A stretch of 64,000 nt of DNA. Origin: Spirochaetia bacterium (lineage in GTDB: Bacteria; Spirochaetota; Spirochaetia; DSM-2461). This document shows positions 26,685-36,899 of this stretch, in pieces (positions within the stretch are counted from its first letter, which is position 1; each line of letters opens with the position of its first letter). Both the position numbers and the translations under genes were made by a program. Location: assembly GCA_963666985.2 (NCBI GenBank), contig CAXXIA010000002.1, positions 1,504,001-1,568,000 of the forward strand. The letters are read 5' to 3'. The notes beneath the pieces were generated by a model, which had not been told where the DNA came from, did not search any database, and saw nothing but the letters and a program-made list of their open reading frames with translations.

Positions 26685-27684
26685 GCCGCCCCTCCCGGCC
26701 TTCGGCCCTCTCGCCCCCTTCGGCCCGATGGTCTTCGGCCACCGCGTTTTCCGCCCTGTCTATAACCCTTAAAAACACATCTTCAAGAGACGGAACAATC
26801 GCCTCCACATCCGGCTTACCGATCCCTTCCTCGCCGGCCAGCCTCATCACCCGTTCCTTCGCCTCGGCCTCGCCAACCCCGGCGGCCGTCTGAACATGCA
26901 CGGCATCCCCGAACAAGGCGGTTTCCGCCACCCACGTCTCGCCCGCGAAACGCTTCTCCAGAACCATAACGCCGGGGCCGGAGATTTCCAGTACCGCGCC
27001 GTCCACCACACCGCTCTTCAATTCACCCGGACTCCCCTCGGCCGCGATCCGCCCGTCATGCATCAAAACAATCCGGTCGCAGTATTCGGCCTCATCCAGA
27101 TAATGCGTGGTAATCACGACGGTCGTTCCCCTGCGGGCGGCCGCGTGAATCAAATCCCAGAACATGCGGCGCGAAGAAGGATCCACCCCCGCCGTGGGCT
27201 CGTCCAGAAACAAAACCGCCGGATCGTGGGAAACCGCGCAGGCCAAGGCCAGCCGCTGGGCGATTCCCCCGGGCAGTTCCCCGGCCAAAATCCCCTCCAT
27301 GCCTTCCAGACCAACCTCTCCGAAAGCCTTTTTCCGGGAAGAGGCCGTCGCTGCGGCCGCCGAACCGTACAAGCCCCCGAAAAACTCCAGGTTTTCATCC
27401 GCCGTCAAATCGCGGTAAAGACTGAAGCGCTGGGACATGTACCCAATCCGCTTTTTCGCCTCTTCGGGCCGTGCCGTTACGTCAATCCCCGCCAGACGGA
27501 CCGTACCGGATGTTGCGGCCAAAAGACCGCAGAGAATTCGGATCGTCGTGGTCTTTCCGGCGCCGTTGGCTCCCAGAAGCCCGAAAATACTTCCCCTCTC
27601 CACGGAAAACCCGATATCGTTTACCGCGGTGAATCGTCCGAACGTCTTTATGAGGCCGCGGACCTCGACGGCGGATTCAGTCAT
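26674..27684 (-). CDS. ABC exporter ATP-binding protein
   Basis: GANGAGKTT, signature variant LPGG, FLDEPT, TTH; GGAGG RBS before MTESAV. Confidence 0.93.
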   Translation of the reverse strand: MTESAVEVRGLIKTFGRFTAVNDIGFSVERGSIFGLLGANGAGKTTTIRILCGLLAATSGTVRLAGIDVTARPEEAKKRIGYMSQRFSLYRDLTADENLEFFGGLYGSAAAATASSRKKAFGEVGLEGMEGILAGELPGGIAQRLALACAVSHDPAVLFLDEPTAGVDPSSRRMFWDLIHAAARRGTTVVITTHYLDEAEYCDRIVLMHDGRIAAEGSPGELKSGVVDGAVLEISGPGVMVLEKRFAGETWVAETALFGDAVHVQTAAGVGEAEAKERVMRLAGEEGIGKPDVEAIVPSLEDVFLRVIDRAENAVAEDHRAEGGERAEGREGRHEG

Positions 27685-28670
27685 GGGAAACCTCCTCCGA
27701 TATCCGCGATTCCGCCAGCCGCGCATCCTCCCTGAGAAATCAGCGATAAAAAGACATTCTCCAGCCCCGCTCCGACCGTTCCGCTGTGCGTCACCTTCAA
27801 ACCGCCTTCCACAAGAAGAGCAACGACATCTTCCGGCTCGGGCCCATCCTTCGGTACCGCCAGATGAACCCGGTCGCCGAAGGCCTGGGCCTCCCACTCG
27901 GGCCGGCTCCCGGCCAAAAGAGCCGCGGCGTCCCGATTTCTGTCGCAGAAGAACTCAAAGATCCGCTTATCCCAGCCGCGGCGAATCTCGCCGGGAACAC
28001 CGGAAAGAATCAGCCGCCCTTCATAAAGAATCGCCACCCGGTCGGCCCGTTCGGCCTCGTCCATGTACGGCGTACTCATCATAAGGGTAATCCCCGCCCG
28101 CCCGAGGCCGCGAAGGAGCCGCCAGAACTCGCGCCGCGACACCGGATCCACGCCGTTGGTAGGCTCATCGAGAAGAATAATTTCCGGATCGTGCACCAGG
28201 GTACAGGCCAGCGCCAATTTCTGACGCATCCCCCCCGAAAGCTTATCCGCGGGACGACCGCGAAACGGAGTCAGTCCCGTCATCTCCAACAGCTCCTCCC
28301 GCCGCGTTCGATAATCCCGCATACCGAAAATCTCGGCAGAAAAAGCAATGTTTTCGTCGATGCTCAAATCGCCGTAAAGACTGAACCGCTGGCTTAAGTA
28401 CCCGATGCGCCGCCGGAACCCGCCGTTCCTTCCTGAAGGATCTTCCCCGAAGACGCGGACGCGGCCGGAATCGGGCCGTATCAAGCCGCAGGCGGTCCGA
28501 AGCAGCGTACTCTTCCCCGCGCCGTCCGGACCCACCAGGGCGAAAATACCCGCTTTGGGCACCTTCAGGTCGATGCCGTTCAGCGCCGGGCGGCCTTTAT
28601 AGTCCTTACGCACGCCTTCAAAGACAACGGCATCCGGTGAATCTAAAGACGAATTTTGAGGCAAAGCCAT
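27681..28670 (-). CDS. ABC exporter ATP-binding protein
   Basis: GPDGAGKST, LSGGM, LLDEPT; H-loop reads STPY as in the first NBD of YbhF-like proteins. Confidence 0.93.
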   Translation of the reverse strand: MALPQNSSLDSPDAVVFEGVRKDYKGRPALNGIDLKVPKAGIFALVGPDGAGKSTLLRTACGLIRPDSGRVRVFGEDPSGRNGGFRRRIGYLSQRFSLYGDLSIDENIAFSAEIFGMRDYRTRREELLEMTGLTPFRGRPADKLSGGMRQKLALACTLVHDPEIILLDEPTNGVDPVSRREFWRLLRGLGRAGITLMMSTPYMDEAERADRVAILYEGRLILSGVPGEIRRGWDKRIFEFFCDRNRDAAALLAGSRPEWEAQAFGDRVHLAVPKDGPEPEDVVALLVEGGLKVTHSGTVGAGLENVFLSLISQGGCAAGGIADIGGGFP

Positions 28671-28719
28671 AAATCAATTCCCCTCGAAGACAACGGCATT
28701 TTGCGCGTTCACGACTCAA

Positions 28720-29700
28720 TCACTCATCCCCGGCGGACCGAAACACAACATCGGCGGGCATGCCCGGCTTCAGAACCCCGTCCGGATTCTCCACATCGAT
28801 GCGCACGGCGAACACCTGTTTCGCCCGCTCCTCGTCGGTCTGAACATTCTTCGGCGTAAACTCGGCTTCCGGCGAAATCCACGTTACGCGGCCGATAACG
28901 GTTTCCGCATCCCCGTCCATGGTTACCTCCGCCTCCTGACCAAGCATAATTTCGGCAAGCCGGGGCTCGGGAACATAAACCGTCAGCCGAAGATTCTCCA
29001 AATCGGCAATAACGAACACCGTCGATCCCGGAGAGGCCCATTCCCCTTTTTCCATCATGCGGTAAATCACGGTTCCGCCGATCGGCGAAACGATTCGGGC
29101 ATCGGCCAGAGACTCCTGTGCCAGGGCCAGAACCGCCTCGGCCTGCTCCAGCGCCGCGCGGGCCTGAACAACCTCCGGTTCCCGGGCCCCGCTCTCCAGC
29201 TTCGCCAATGCGCTCGCCGCCTGGGAACGGGCTCCCCGGGCCAGCACCTCGGCCGATTCGGCCCTGTCCATCTGCTGCTGGGAAACCGAACCGGTGCCCA
29301 TCAGGGCCCGAAGGCGATCCGCCTCCTCCGAAGCGATGCGCAGGTTTTCTTCCGCCGACTTGAGAGCCTGCCGCGCGGAATCCAAATCCTCGCGCCGAGC
29401 GCCCTCCAGCACCAAATCCAAACCCGCCTCGGCGATATCCCGGGCGGCCGCCGCCTGATCCCTCTGATGACGGAGAGACGCATCGTCCAGAATCACGAGC
29501 ACATCCCCGGCCTCGACACGTTCGCCCTCCCGAACCGGCACGTCCAGGGCAACACCGGCGCCGCGGGCCGGAACCCGAATCTCAACGGCCTCCAAAGTTC
29601 CCGTGGCCTCAAGAGGAGCATTCCCGCCGCCGCAGGAGATCAAACTCAGCCAGGCAAAAGCGTAGTACGCGAGAGCCGGCATCTTTCCAGCCGCTTTCAT
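28720..29700 (-). CDS. HlyD-family membrane fusion lipoprotein (YbhG-like)
   Basis: Lipobox LISC, TGTLEA, coiled-coil hairpin, SPIGG, AEFTPKNVQT, LKPGMP. Confidence 0.92.
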   Translation of the reverse strand: MKAAGKMPALAYYAFAWLSLISCGGGNAPLEATGTLEAVEIRVPARGAGVALDVPVREGERVEAGDVLVILDDASLRHQRDQAAAARDIAEAGLDLVLEGARREDLDSARQALKSAEENLRIASEEADRLRALMGTGSVSQQQMDRAESAEVLARGARSQAASALAKLESGAREPEVVQARAALEQAEAVLALAQESLADARIVSPIGGTVIYRMMEKGEWASPGSTVFVIADLENLRLTVYVPEPRLAEIMLGQEAEVTMDGDAETVIGRVTWISPEAEFTPKNVQTDEERAKQVFAVRIDVENPDGVLKPGMPADVVFRSAGDE

Positions 29701-30305
29701 TTCCGATCCTCCCCGCCCTTCTTCTTCCCCCGTTCGCTCAATACGCCGTCGAAGAAAATCTTCAGCATGCAGTCCACCAGATCCTTGGGAGTCATGTTCA
29801 TGTCCACCACCGTCTGCGGAGTAATCATCGCATCGACCGTTTTGAGAAAATACGCCGCGATGAAATCCGTAGGGATGTCGCCGCGGACCTGCCCCTCGCG
29901 CCGCCCTTCCTCGAGAAGAATCAGCATCCTCTTCATCATGCCCAAACGCCGCCGGCGAATCGCTTCCCACACATCCAGAGTCTGCTTTATCAAATCCCGA
30001 ACCCCCTTGCTCCCGATCTGAACAAGAACCTTCGTAACCACCCGGATAAGCCCGTCCACCTTCTCCCGAAAATCCAGATTCGGATCTTCGAGAATGGCCC
30101 GCTGCTTCCTCTCCACACCGTCGATCCTCCGGTTCACCACCATAAGAATCAAATCGCTCTTCGAGGGAACAAGTCTGTAGAGGGTCTTTTTGCTCACTCC
30201 CGCATCCGAGGCAACATCGTCCATCGTCAGCGTCACCAGCCCCTCGGAAAAAATTCGCTCCTCGGTTCGGTCCAGAATCCGACCTTTGACCTTCTCTTCG
30301 TCCAT
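29697..30305 (-). CDS. TetR/AcrR-family regulator
   Basis: TMDDVASDAGVSKKTLY...SKSDL HTH. Confidence 0.92.
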   Translation of the reverse strand: MDEEKVKGRILDRTEERIFSEGLVTLTMDDVASDAGVSKKTLYRLVPSKSDLILMVVNRRIDGVERKQRAILEDPNLDFREKVDGLIRVVTKVLVQIGSKGVRDLIKQTLDVWEAIRRRRLGMMKRMLILLEEGRREGQVRGDIPTDFIAAYFLKTVDAMITPQTVVDMNMTPKDLVDCMLKIFFDGVLSERGKKKGGEDRK

Positions 30306-30314
30306 GAGATACCT

Positions 30315-30356
30315 CTACTTTGGAAACTATCTTCGTTTCCATAGTTTCCAAAGTAG
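30315..30356. promoter_or_regulatory. Probable TetR operator: perfect 16-bp inverted repeat
   Basis: CTACTTTGGAAACTAT-N10-ATAGTTTCCAAAGTAG directly upstream of the tetR RBS; nested TGGAAAC-N7-GTTTCCA. Confidence 0.8.
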
Positions 30357-30434
30357 CGGGATTATCCGAAGAAAACAAGCCTCCGGCGAACTTTTATGAA
30401 AAAGAGGAAAAATTTGTCCGTGATTTCTTGGGGC

Positions 30435-30541
30435 GGCCCGGCGCTTATCGCGCCGTCGCTCTCTCCAGGGCTCCGCTTCGCTTCGGCCTTTCCGGGCCGA
30501 GCCCGAAAAGGCTGCTTCGCACCCTTCCCGCCGCTGCCGCG
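30435..30541 (+). repeat. ~107-bp structured repeat, copy B
   Basis: Same-orientation homolog of 24217-24324. Confidence 0.85.
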
Positions 30542-30564
30542 TTTTTCAGGCAAATAAACGGCTT

Positions 30565-31044
30565 TTACCGGGAATACGCACCCCGCAAAGGCACGGACCG
30601 CAGCGAAGGCATGGCCTTGGGAATGGGCGGCAGATGCTCTTCCAGTTTGTCCACCAAAGCCGAAAGGCGGTTCAAATTCAGCGGAAGCGTATACACCGCC
30701 AGCCGCCGATAAAGCTGCTCGTAGGAACCCTGCTTAAACCCGGAAGCGGCCAGAGGAGAAACCCCGGCATAGCGTCCGGCGTCCGGCAGGATATTCCTCC
30801 GGACAAGGCGCACGTACTGCTTGAGAGCCGAAAGCCCTCTGTGAAGAACCGGCAAATCCCAAACCGTAGGAGAAGTCAAATTCAGCGCATGGCGGATATC
30901 CTGAAGCTCCGAAGCTTCCATTCGGACGTCTCCCAGGGTCGTGGTGAACCACGACCGGTCGAACTGTTCCCGGTAAAGTTCCCTGATTTCGGAAAGAATT
31001 TCGTCTACAACCGCCGGCAAGGCATGGATAGTGGTACTCATCAT
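30565..31044 (-). CDS. Hypothetical protein
   Basis: 159-aa ORF with AAGGA RBS, co-oriented with the upstream operon; no motif recognised. Confidence 0.6.
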   Translation of the reverse strand: MMSTTIHALPAVVDEILSEIRELYREQFDRSWFTTTLGDVRMEASELQDIRHALNLTSPTVWDLPVLHRGLSALKQYVRLVRRNILPDAGRYAGVSPLAASGFKQGSYEQLYRRLAVYTLPLNLNRLSALVDKLEEHLPPIPKAMPSLRSVPLRGAYSR

Positions 31045-31088
31045 TATCCTTATCGGCGTAAAAAAAACCGGGTTGAGCGGAATCGGCT

Positions 31089-32564
31089 TTATGCGTTCTT
31101 CCGATACTCCGACGGATGGAATCCGGTATAACGGCGGAACTGTTTCGAAAAATAGCGGGAATTGGAATAACCGGTCAAATCGGCAATCTCCCGAACGGAT
31201 AAATCCGGTCTGTCGAAAAGAAGTTCCTTGGCTTTCTGAATTCTTTTTTCCGTCAGATATCGAACAAAGGTCGTGCCCGTTCGATTCTTAAAAAGACTGC
31301 TGATATAGTTCGGAGTCAGTCCGAAATAATCCGCGGCGGTATTCACGCCGATGTTCTCGGGATAGTGCTTATTAACATACATTCGGATTCGATCGGCCGT
31401 ATCCGGTCCGTGCGGATCCCGGCGAAGATTTTTCGCGATTTCTTCCAGTTTCCGCGCCAAGGCCGCCGCGTCGACGGCGGATTCCAAGTCCCCTCTCCGC
31501 TCTTTCATCCGAAAGGCGAAATAGCCGCGTATCGCGGGAAAGGCCAGGGCTCCGTCTTTCGCCGGAAGATCGGCGAAGCGGCTGAAAAAATACTTTAAGG
31601 CTTTTTCATCGGGTAAAGACAGATCCCTGCCGAAACCGTCTATGATTCTTCCGGCGGCGGCCCCAAGCTCCATCATAATCTCTTCATCCGAAAAGGATGT
31701 TTTACAAGGGATTTCGCGATTCAGACCAACCGTGCACCGAAGCCATGAGCGCCGATTAACCCTTCGATAAGCTTTTAGAAAACCTTCGGAGGGAACAAAT
31801 CCGGAACAGGAAAGACTCCATCCGACAGCCCCGTTATCGTGCAGAAACTTCTGCAGAAGAAACCGGAGTATGCGGACGGCGGCCTTGTCGCGGGATTCCG
31901 TCGCTTCCTGCCGGGTTACTTCACACATCGTCAGAATGGCCGCCGACCCCAAAGGAACGGCGATAACGCGATAACCCTGCCGCCTGAAAACGCCAAGCTC
32001 TTCCCGGCACCTTCCCATGAGCCCGTTCAGCAAATCAACCGAAACATCTCCCTCCAGATCGATTCGGCACAACAGAATTTGGGAATCCTTTTTATGGATT
32101 CCGACATCATAATAATCCAGCTCCGGATCGGCCGAAAGCGACTCAAGAAAAGCCTGTTCCCAGCACAGACTCTCCTCATCGGCCCGGGCCTTCAGGGCGT
32201 TCTCGGCTGTTTTCAGAATCCGCGCCAAGTCGCCGGATTCGGCCGGTTTCACCAAATAGTCGATCACCCCGAGACGAACGGCTTCCCGCGCATAGGTGAA
32301 TTCGGAAAAACCCGAAACAATAACCCATTGGATGTTCTTATAAAGCCGATTCGCAGCGCGGATCACCTCAAGCCCGTCGCCCAAAGGCATGCGTATATCG
32401 ACAAAAACGACATCGGGACGCGTTCTCTCCAACAGACTTAAGAGTTCTTCACCGTTCTCGGCTTCTCCGGTTATATGAATGTCGAATTGCTTATCTTGTT
32501 CCCTTAAGAGTTCCTTAAGGAAGATACGGGCCATCGGCTCGTCATCCGCCAGGACGATTTCCAT
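31089..32564 (-). CDS. YesN-like response regulator (REC + AraC HTH)
   Basis: LADDE, VDIRMP, YLVKP; C-terminal PNYISSLFK, GYSNSRYFSKQFR. Confidence 0.94.
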   Translation of the reverse strand: MEIVLADDEPMARIFLKELLREQDKQFDIHITGEAENGEELLSLLERTRPDVVFVDIRMPLGDGLEVIRAANRLYKNIQWVIVSGFSEFTYAREAVRLGVIDYLVKPAESGDLARILKTAENALKARADEESLCWEQAFLESLSADPELDYYDVGIHKKDSQILLCRIDLEGDVSVDLLNGLMGRCREELGVFRRQGYRVIAVPLGSAAILTMCEVTRQEATESRDKAAVRILRFLLQKFLHDNGAVGWSLSCSGFVPSEGFLKAYRRVNRRSWLRCTVGLNREIPCKTSFSDEEIMMELGAAAGRIIDGFGRDLSLPDEKALKYFFSRFADLPAKDGALAFPAIRGYFAFRMKERRGDLESAVDAAALARKLEEIAKNLRRDPHGPDTADRIRMYVNKHYPENIGVNTAADYFGLTPNYISSLFKNRTGTTFVRYLTEKRIQKAKELLFDRPDLSVREIADLTGYSNSRYFSKQFRRYTGFHPSEYRKNA

Positions 32565-32565
32565 T

Positions 32566-34311
32566 TTAACCTCCGGTATTTACGGGTATGACGATTTCCA
32601 CGGCCGTTCCCAGGCCCGTTTCGCTTTGTATGGAAATCCGCCCCTCGGCATAAGCAATCGCGAGCCGGCTCATGGAATTCCCGCATCCGACACTGCCTTG
32701 CAGATCAATTCGCTCCGTATCGAATCCCATGCCGTCGTCCGTAATTCGAATCACGGCCGAATCTTTATGTTCGTTGTATTGAGCCTCGACGGTCAAAAGG
32801 CAGCTGTACGGTACCGGCTCAATCCCATGAATAACGGCGTTTTCAACAAAAGGCTGAACAAGAAGTCTCGGAATTTCCAAACCGCCGATTTTGGGATCGT
32901 AATCAACGGAATAGGAAAACTTGTTCGGGAACCGCAGCTTCTGCAGCCTGCAGTAACTGTCGATGAATCGAAACTCCTCGGCGACGGTCGTAACGGTTTC
33001 CGTATGCTGGATGTACCGAAGCATTCCCGTTAAATCCCGGATGGCGCGTTCGACTTTCTCCTTCCTGCCGATGCGGTTCAGGGAAAGAATCCCGTTAAGC
33101 GTATTGTAAAGAAAATGCGGCTTGATTTGAGATTGAAGCGCCTGATATTGGGCCGCCTGCTGGTTAAGCGCCGCAACGTATTCTTTATCGATATGTTCCT
33201 TTAAGGAGAGTGTCATTTGATCGAAAGAAACCGCCAAATCCGCCAGTTCCCGGCCGGCATGTTCGGGGATTCCCGCTCTGGCCGAAAAATCACCCTTTTC
33301 CACACGATGCATAACCGAGGTTACCGTCTGAAGCGGAACGACGATGGTCCTCGTCAAGCGGCGATAAACGGATGCCGCCATGACAAGCCCCGAAACAACA
33401 TACAAAAAAGCTAATCCGTAAATCCAGAGAACCCGTTTATACAGATCGGATCTGGCAATCAGTACGGTGATAACCCATCCCGAAAGATCGATTTTCGCCG
33501 TTACCCGCGCATACCGCCGCCCTTCGGCGATAACGGTGCCGCCCGAACCGTCGGACACGGTAAAATCCAAATCTTTTAATCCGGATTCTCCTCCGGCGTA
33601 AACAAGATTTCCCCGCTTATCGGAAATGAAAACCGCCGCCGGAACGGTGAAGTCCAAAGAAGCCAGCAAGTCCCGGAATATTCCCGTATCGGCATCGGCG
33701 CAGATAACGGCCAAAGGTTCGCGGGTATCCGGATCGTTAATCAGACGGGCAACCGAAAAAACATGGGTTCCTTCGGGATAGGGAATGGGATCCATATCAC
33801 CTTCCCGGGATTCCCGACCTATAAAAACCGCCCTGCCGTCGGCTTCAAGCGCGGCTCCGTACCAGTCGCTTTCAAGAAGCCCGGGTTCACTCCTGGTATA
33901 GGAGTACTTTCCTTTGGCCGTCCTGAAAACAATACCGCTGGGCATCAGAATGGAAAATCCGCGAATATCGTCCCTTGTGTTCTGAATGTAGCCGGTCAGC
34001 GTATTCTCCAGAGCACGGTCCGCCACCAGCCGGTTATAGTCCCCGGCCGTCTCGTAAGCACCGCTGGATTTCAGTTTTACGGCATAGAGAATCTTCTCAT
34101 CGAAGTATGGAATAATCGTCAGCCGGTCCAGCTCCTGCTGATAAATCTCGATATTCAAGCTCAAGGCCGCAACGATGGAATTGGTCAAACGCGTCGTAAT
34201 GGAAGAAAAATGAGCTTCACTTACGGTTGCGATAACCAGGGACAAGGCCGTTACCGGTACGATAATCGCCACGGCAAACAGGGAAAGCATCTGCCCCCTC
34301 AGCGTTCTCAC
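32566..34311 (-). CDS. YesM-like sensor histidine kinase (Cache, HAMP, His_kinase)
   Basis: LQSQIKPHFLYNTL, QPFVENAVIHG, DDGMG. Confidence 0.94.
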   Translation of the reverse strand: MRTLRGQMLSLFAVAIIVPVTALSLVIATVSEAHFSSITTRLTNSIVAALSLNIEIYQQELDRLTIIPYFDEKILYAVKLKSSGAYETAGDYNRLVADRALENTLTGYIQNTRDDIRGFSILMPSGIVFRTAKGKYSYTRSEPGLLESDWYGAALEADGRAVFIGRESREGDMDPIPYPEGTHVFSVARLINDPDTREPLAVICADADTGIFRDLLASLDFTVPAAVFISDKRGNLVYAGGESGLKDLDFTVSDGSGGTVIAEGRRYARVTAKIDLSGWVITVLIARSDLYKRVLWIYGLAFLYVVSGLVMAASVYRRLTRTIVVPLQTVTSVMHRVEKGDFSARAGIPEHAGRELADLAVSFDQMTLSLKEHIDKEYVAALNQQAAQYQALQSQIKPHFLYNTLNGILSLNRIGRKEKVERAIRDLTGMLRYIQHTETVTTVAEEFRFIDSYCRLQKLRFPNKFSYSVDYDPKIGGLEIPRLLVQPFVENAVIHGIEPVPYSCLLTVEAQYNEHKDSAVIRITDDGMGFDTERIDLQGSVGCGNSMSRLAIAYAEGRISIQSETGLGTAVEIVIPVNTGG

Positions 34312-35084
34312 GTCAAAAATCGCCCTATCGTTTCGAAAAGAAGCCTTTCATGTTCCATCGAAGAAAAACAATGATCCGCACCCGGTATTTCAATGTATTC
34401 GGCCCGTCCCGGAAACAATGAGGCAACGTTCTTTCCGGCAGAAGGAGGAACGGCTTCGTCGGCGGCGCCGTGCACCACAAGAACCTCGCCCTTATAACGG
34501 GAACAGAAGCCGGGCAAATCATTCATGAAACCGGGCAGTTCCGATAAAAAGGCCGATCCGATCGGATAACCCTGATAATCGTATACGGACTCGGATGAAT
34601 CGACGGCCGGAGCTTCCCGTTTTATCTGACCGGCGATATCCGCCATGTTGCCCGCCGGAGCAATAAGCACCACCCGCTTCGGCGGATTCACGTCCGCGCG
34701 ATCGGCTTCCCGGCCGCTGAGGAAAGAAGCCACCACGCCGCCCATGCTGTGCCCGATAAGATAGAGACGTTCGGAATCGAAACGGGCGTCGGATGCGATG
34801 CCGTGATAAATCGCGGCGGCCTGATCCGCTTCGGAAGAAAGGGTCATTTCGGAAAAAGAACCGTCGCTTTCGCCGGATCCCAGAAAATCGTATCGGACCG
34901 ACGCGATTCCCAGTGTTTCCAGCATTCGCGAACAATTCACATGGATTCGATGGGCGTCCACTTTATTGCCCGTGAATCCATGAAAAATCAATGCCGTCGG
35001 AAACGGGCCGAAGCCATTATCGGGAACATGAAGCATACCGCGAAGCGTCCGCCCCCGGTATTCCGAACTTACAGCACTCTGCAC
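34308..35084 (-). CDS. Alpha/beta hydrolase (esterase-like)
   Basis: HGFTG, GSGESDG, GHSMGG, HG-x-ADEAV, GADH. Confidence 0.92.
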   Translation of the reverse strand: MQSAVSSEYRGRTLRGMLHVPDNGFGPFPTALIFHGFTGNKVDAHRIHVNCSRMLETLGIASVRYDFLGSGESDGSFSEMTLSSEADQAAAIYHGIASDARFDSERLYLIGHSMGGVVASFLSGREADRADVNPPKRVVLIAPAGNMADIAGQIKREAPAVDSSESVYDYQGYPIGSAFLSELPGFMNDLPGFCSRYKGEVLVVHGAADEAVPPSAGKNVASLFPGRAEYIEIPGADHCFSSMEHERLLFETIGRFLT

Positions 35085-35104
35085 TGAAATCCTCCGGGAT
35101 TATT

Positions 35105-35914
35105 CTACCCCTTTACGGCGCCTTCCGAGAGCCCCTTCACGAAATACTTCTGAAGCGATAAATAAACAAGAGTCATGGGAAGAAGCCCCAAGAGGCATCC
35201 GGCCGAAACAAGCCCGATATCGTTCTGAAACTGAGAAACGAACTGAGAAAGCGCGATCGCCACCGTATGAACCTCCGATCTCTGGAGAAAGAAAACCGAA
35301 AACTGATAATCGTTCCAAACCTGAATCCCGCATAAAATCACGACCGACGATGTCGCCGGTTTCAGTAAGGGCAAAAGAATCCGCAGAAACGTCGTCTTCG
35401 GACCGCATCCGTCTATAACGGCGGCCTCATCAAGCTCCGCCGGAACGGTTTGAATGAAATTCTTATAAAGATAAATGCACAAGGGAAGCTGAAAGGTCAC
35501 AAGGATACAGACCATCGCCCAGCGGGTATTCAATCCGTGAATATCAACAATGAATTTGTAAAGCGGAACGAGAATGGTCAGAGGCGGAACAATCAAACAG
35601 GAAATAAGAACCATCCCCACAATCCGGTTCCTTCGGGTTTTCTTTCGGGCAAGGGGATATGCCGCCGCGGCACCCACGCCGACGATAAAAAAAACCGAAA
35701 AAGCGGTAATCACCGCATTATTCAAAAGAGCACGCCCGAGATGCGCCTTGTTCCAGGCGGCCAAATAATTATCGAATTGAATATACCGGGGCGGCAGCCA
35801 CATCGAAGAGGTATCCATGGGTGTTTTTCCGGCCAAAGAAAAAAGCATGTAAAAGGGAATGAGAAACAACAGAAAAATGAATACGGCCAAGCCGTAGCGA
35901 AAAACGGTTTTCAT
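35105..35914 (-). CDS. Carbohydrate ABC transporter permease (MalG-like)
   Basis: EAAVIDG, ILLPLLKP, WNDY, QKYFVKG. Confidence 0.94.
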   Translation of the reverse strand: MKTVFRYGLAVFIFLLFLIPFYMLFSLAGKTPMDTSSMWLPPRYIQFDNYLAAWNKAHLGRALLNNAVITAFSVFFIVGVGAAAAYPLARKKTRRNRIVGMVLISCLIVPPLTILVPLYKFIVDIHGLNTRWAMVCILVTFQLPLCIYLYKNFIQTVPAELDEAAVIDGCGPKTTFLRILLPLLKPATSSVVILCGIQVWNDYQFSVFFLQRSEVHTVAIALSQFVSQFQNDIGLVSAGCLLGLLPMTLVYLSLQKYFVKGLSEGAVKG

Positions 35915-36801
35915 ACTAAATCAACCTCCCGTGAACGGAAGAACTTCAAGAGCAGCCCGGTTAAAAGGAGAATGATAACCAGCATCAGGTTTCCCAGGGC
36001 CGCGGCATACCCGGCGTCCTGCGCGGAGAAATAGAGCGAATACATCATTGTTGAAAGAGACTGGGAGGCATATCCCGGTCCGCCGTTTGTGGTGGCGACA
36101 ATAACATCAAAAAGCTTCATCCCCATGATAACGGCGAAGATGACATTCGTATTGATTGCGGGCATGAGCAGGGGAATGGTAATCCGCCCGATCTGCTGCA
36201 TTCTGCCGGCGCCGTCGATGGTGGCCGCTTCGTAATAATGCCTTCCGATGCTCTGCAGTCCCGCGAGAAAAATAATCATCGCGACGCCCACGTACTGGAA
36301 GGAGTTGATTCCGGTAATCACCCGGACGGCCCGGCGCCCGCCGGCGAACCAGTCCACGGGATCGGCTCCGATGAGCATCATAACGTCGTTCATGGCCCCG
36401 CCCGAATACCGGAAAAAGAAATACCAGATGTAGCCCATAATCAGAGGACTGATAATCACCGGAAGGTAAACGATGGTCCGTATGAAGCTCTTGCCCCGAA
36501 GACGTCCGTCGAGGAACAAGGCCAGCAGAAAACCGAAAACAGTCTGAAGAACGGTGCTTCCCAGTCCGTAGACAAGCGTGTTGCGAACGGTGTTTAAAAC
36601 ACGCCGGTCGGTGAACATGTTGAGGTAGTTCTTCAGTCCGATAAACTTATAACTCGGAGAATACCCGTTCCAATTCGTGCAGGAAATCACCACGCCCCGG
36701 ATGAAGGGGTAAAAGATGAAGACGCCGACCATAACGAGGGCCGGCAGATACATGGAATCAATCCCGCCGTACAGCGACGGGGTTCTCTTTCTCAGCGACA
36801 T
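35911..36801 (-). CDS. Carbohydrate ABC transporter permease (MalF-like)
   Basis: FIGLKNY, LAGLQSI, EAATIDGA, TNGGPG. Confidence 0.94.
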   Translation of the reverse strand: MSLRKRTPSLYGGIDSMYLPALVMVGVFIFYPFIRGVVISCTNWNGYSPSYKFIGLKNYLNMFTDRRVLNTVRNTLVYGLGSTVLQTVFGFLLALFLDGRLRGKSFIRTIVYLPVIISPLIMGYIWYFFFRYSGGAMNDVMMLIGADPVDWFAGGRRAVRVITGINSFQYVGVAMIIFLAGLQSIGRHYYEAATIDGAGRMQQIGRITIPLLMPAINTNVIFAVIMGMKLFDVIVATTNGGPGYASQSLSTMMYSLYFSAQDAGYAAALGNLMLVIILLLTGLLLKFFRSREVDLV

Positions 36802-36830
36802 ATACGGTCCTTAAAGGTATCTGTACGGAA

Positions 36831-36884
36831 CACCGGGTTCCCGGTTTCCGGAACCCGGCGCGAGGCCGCTCCGGAAACCCGGTG
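36831..36884. other. Intercistronic stem-loop after the solute-binding protein gene
   Basis: CACCGGGTTCCCGG ... CCGGAAACCCGGTG arms; position typical of mRNA-stabilising hairpins in ABC operons. Confidence 0.6.
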
Positions 36885-36899
36885 CGGCCCGAAGGTTTT

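Noticed and set aside
28720..30378. 552-aa ORF suggesting a long HlyD fusion
   Set aside because: The upstream part is an alternative frame over tetR; HlyD has its own RBS, ATG (29700) and lipobox
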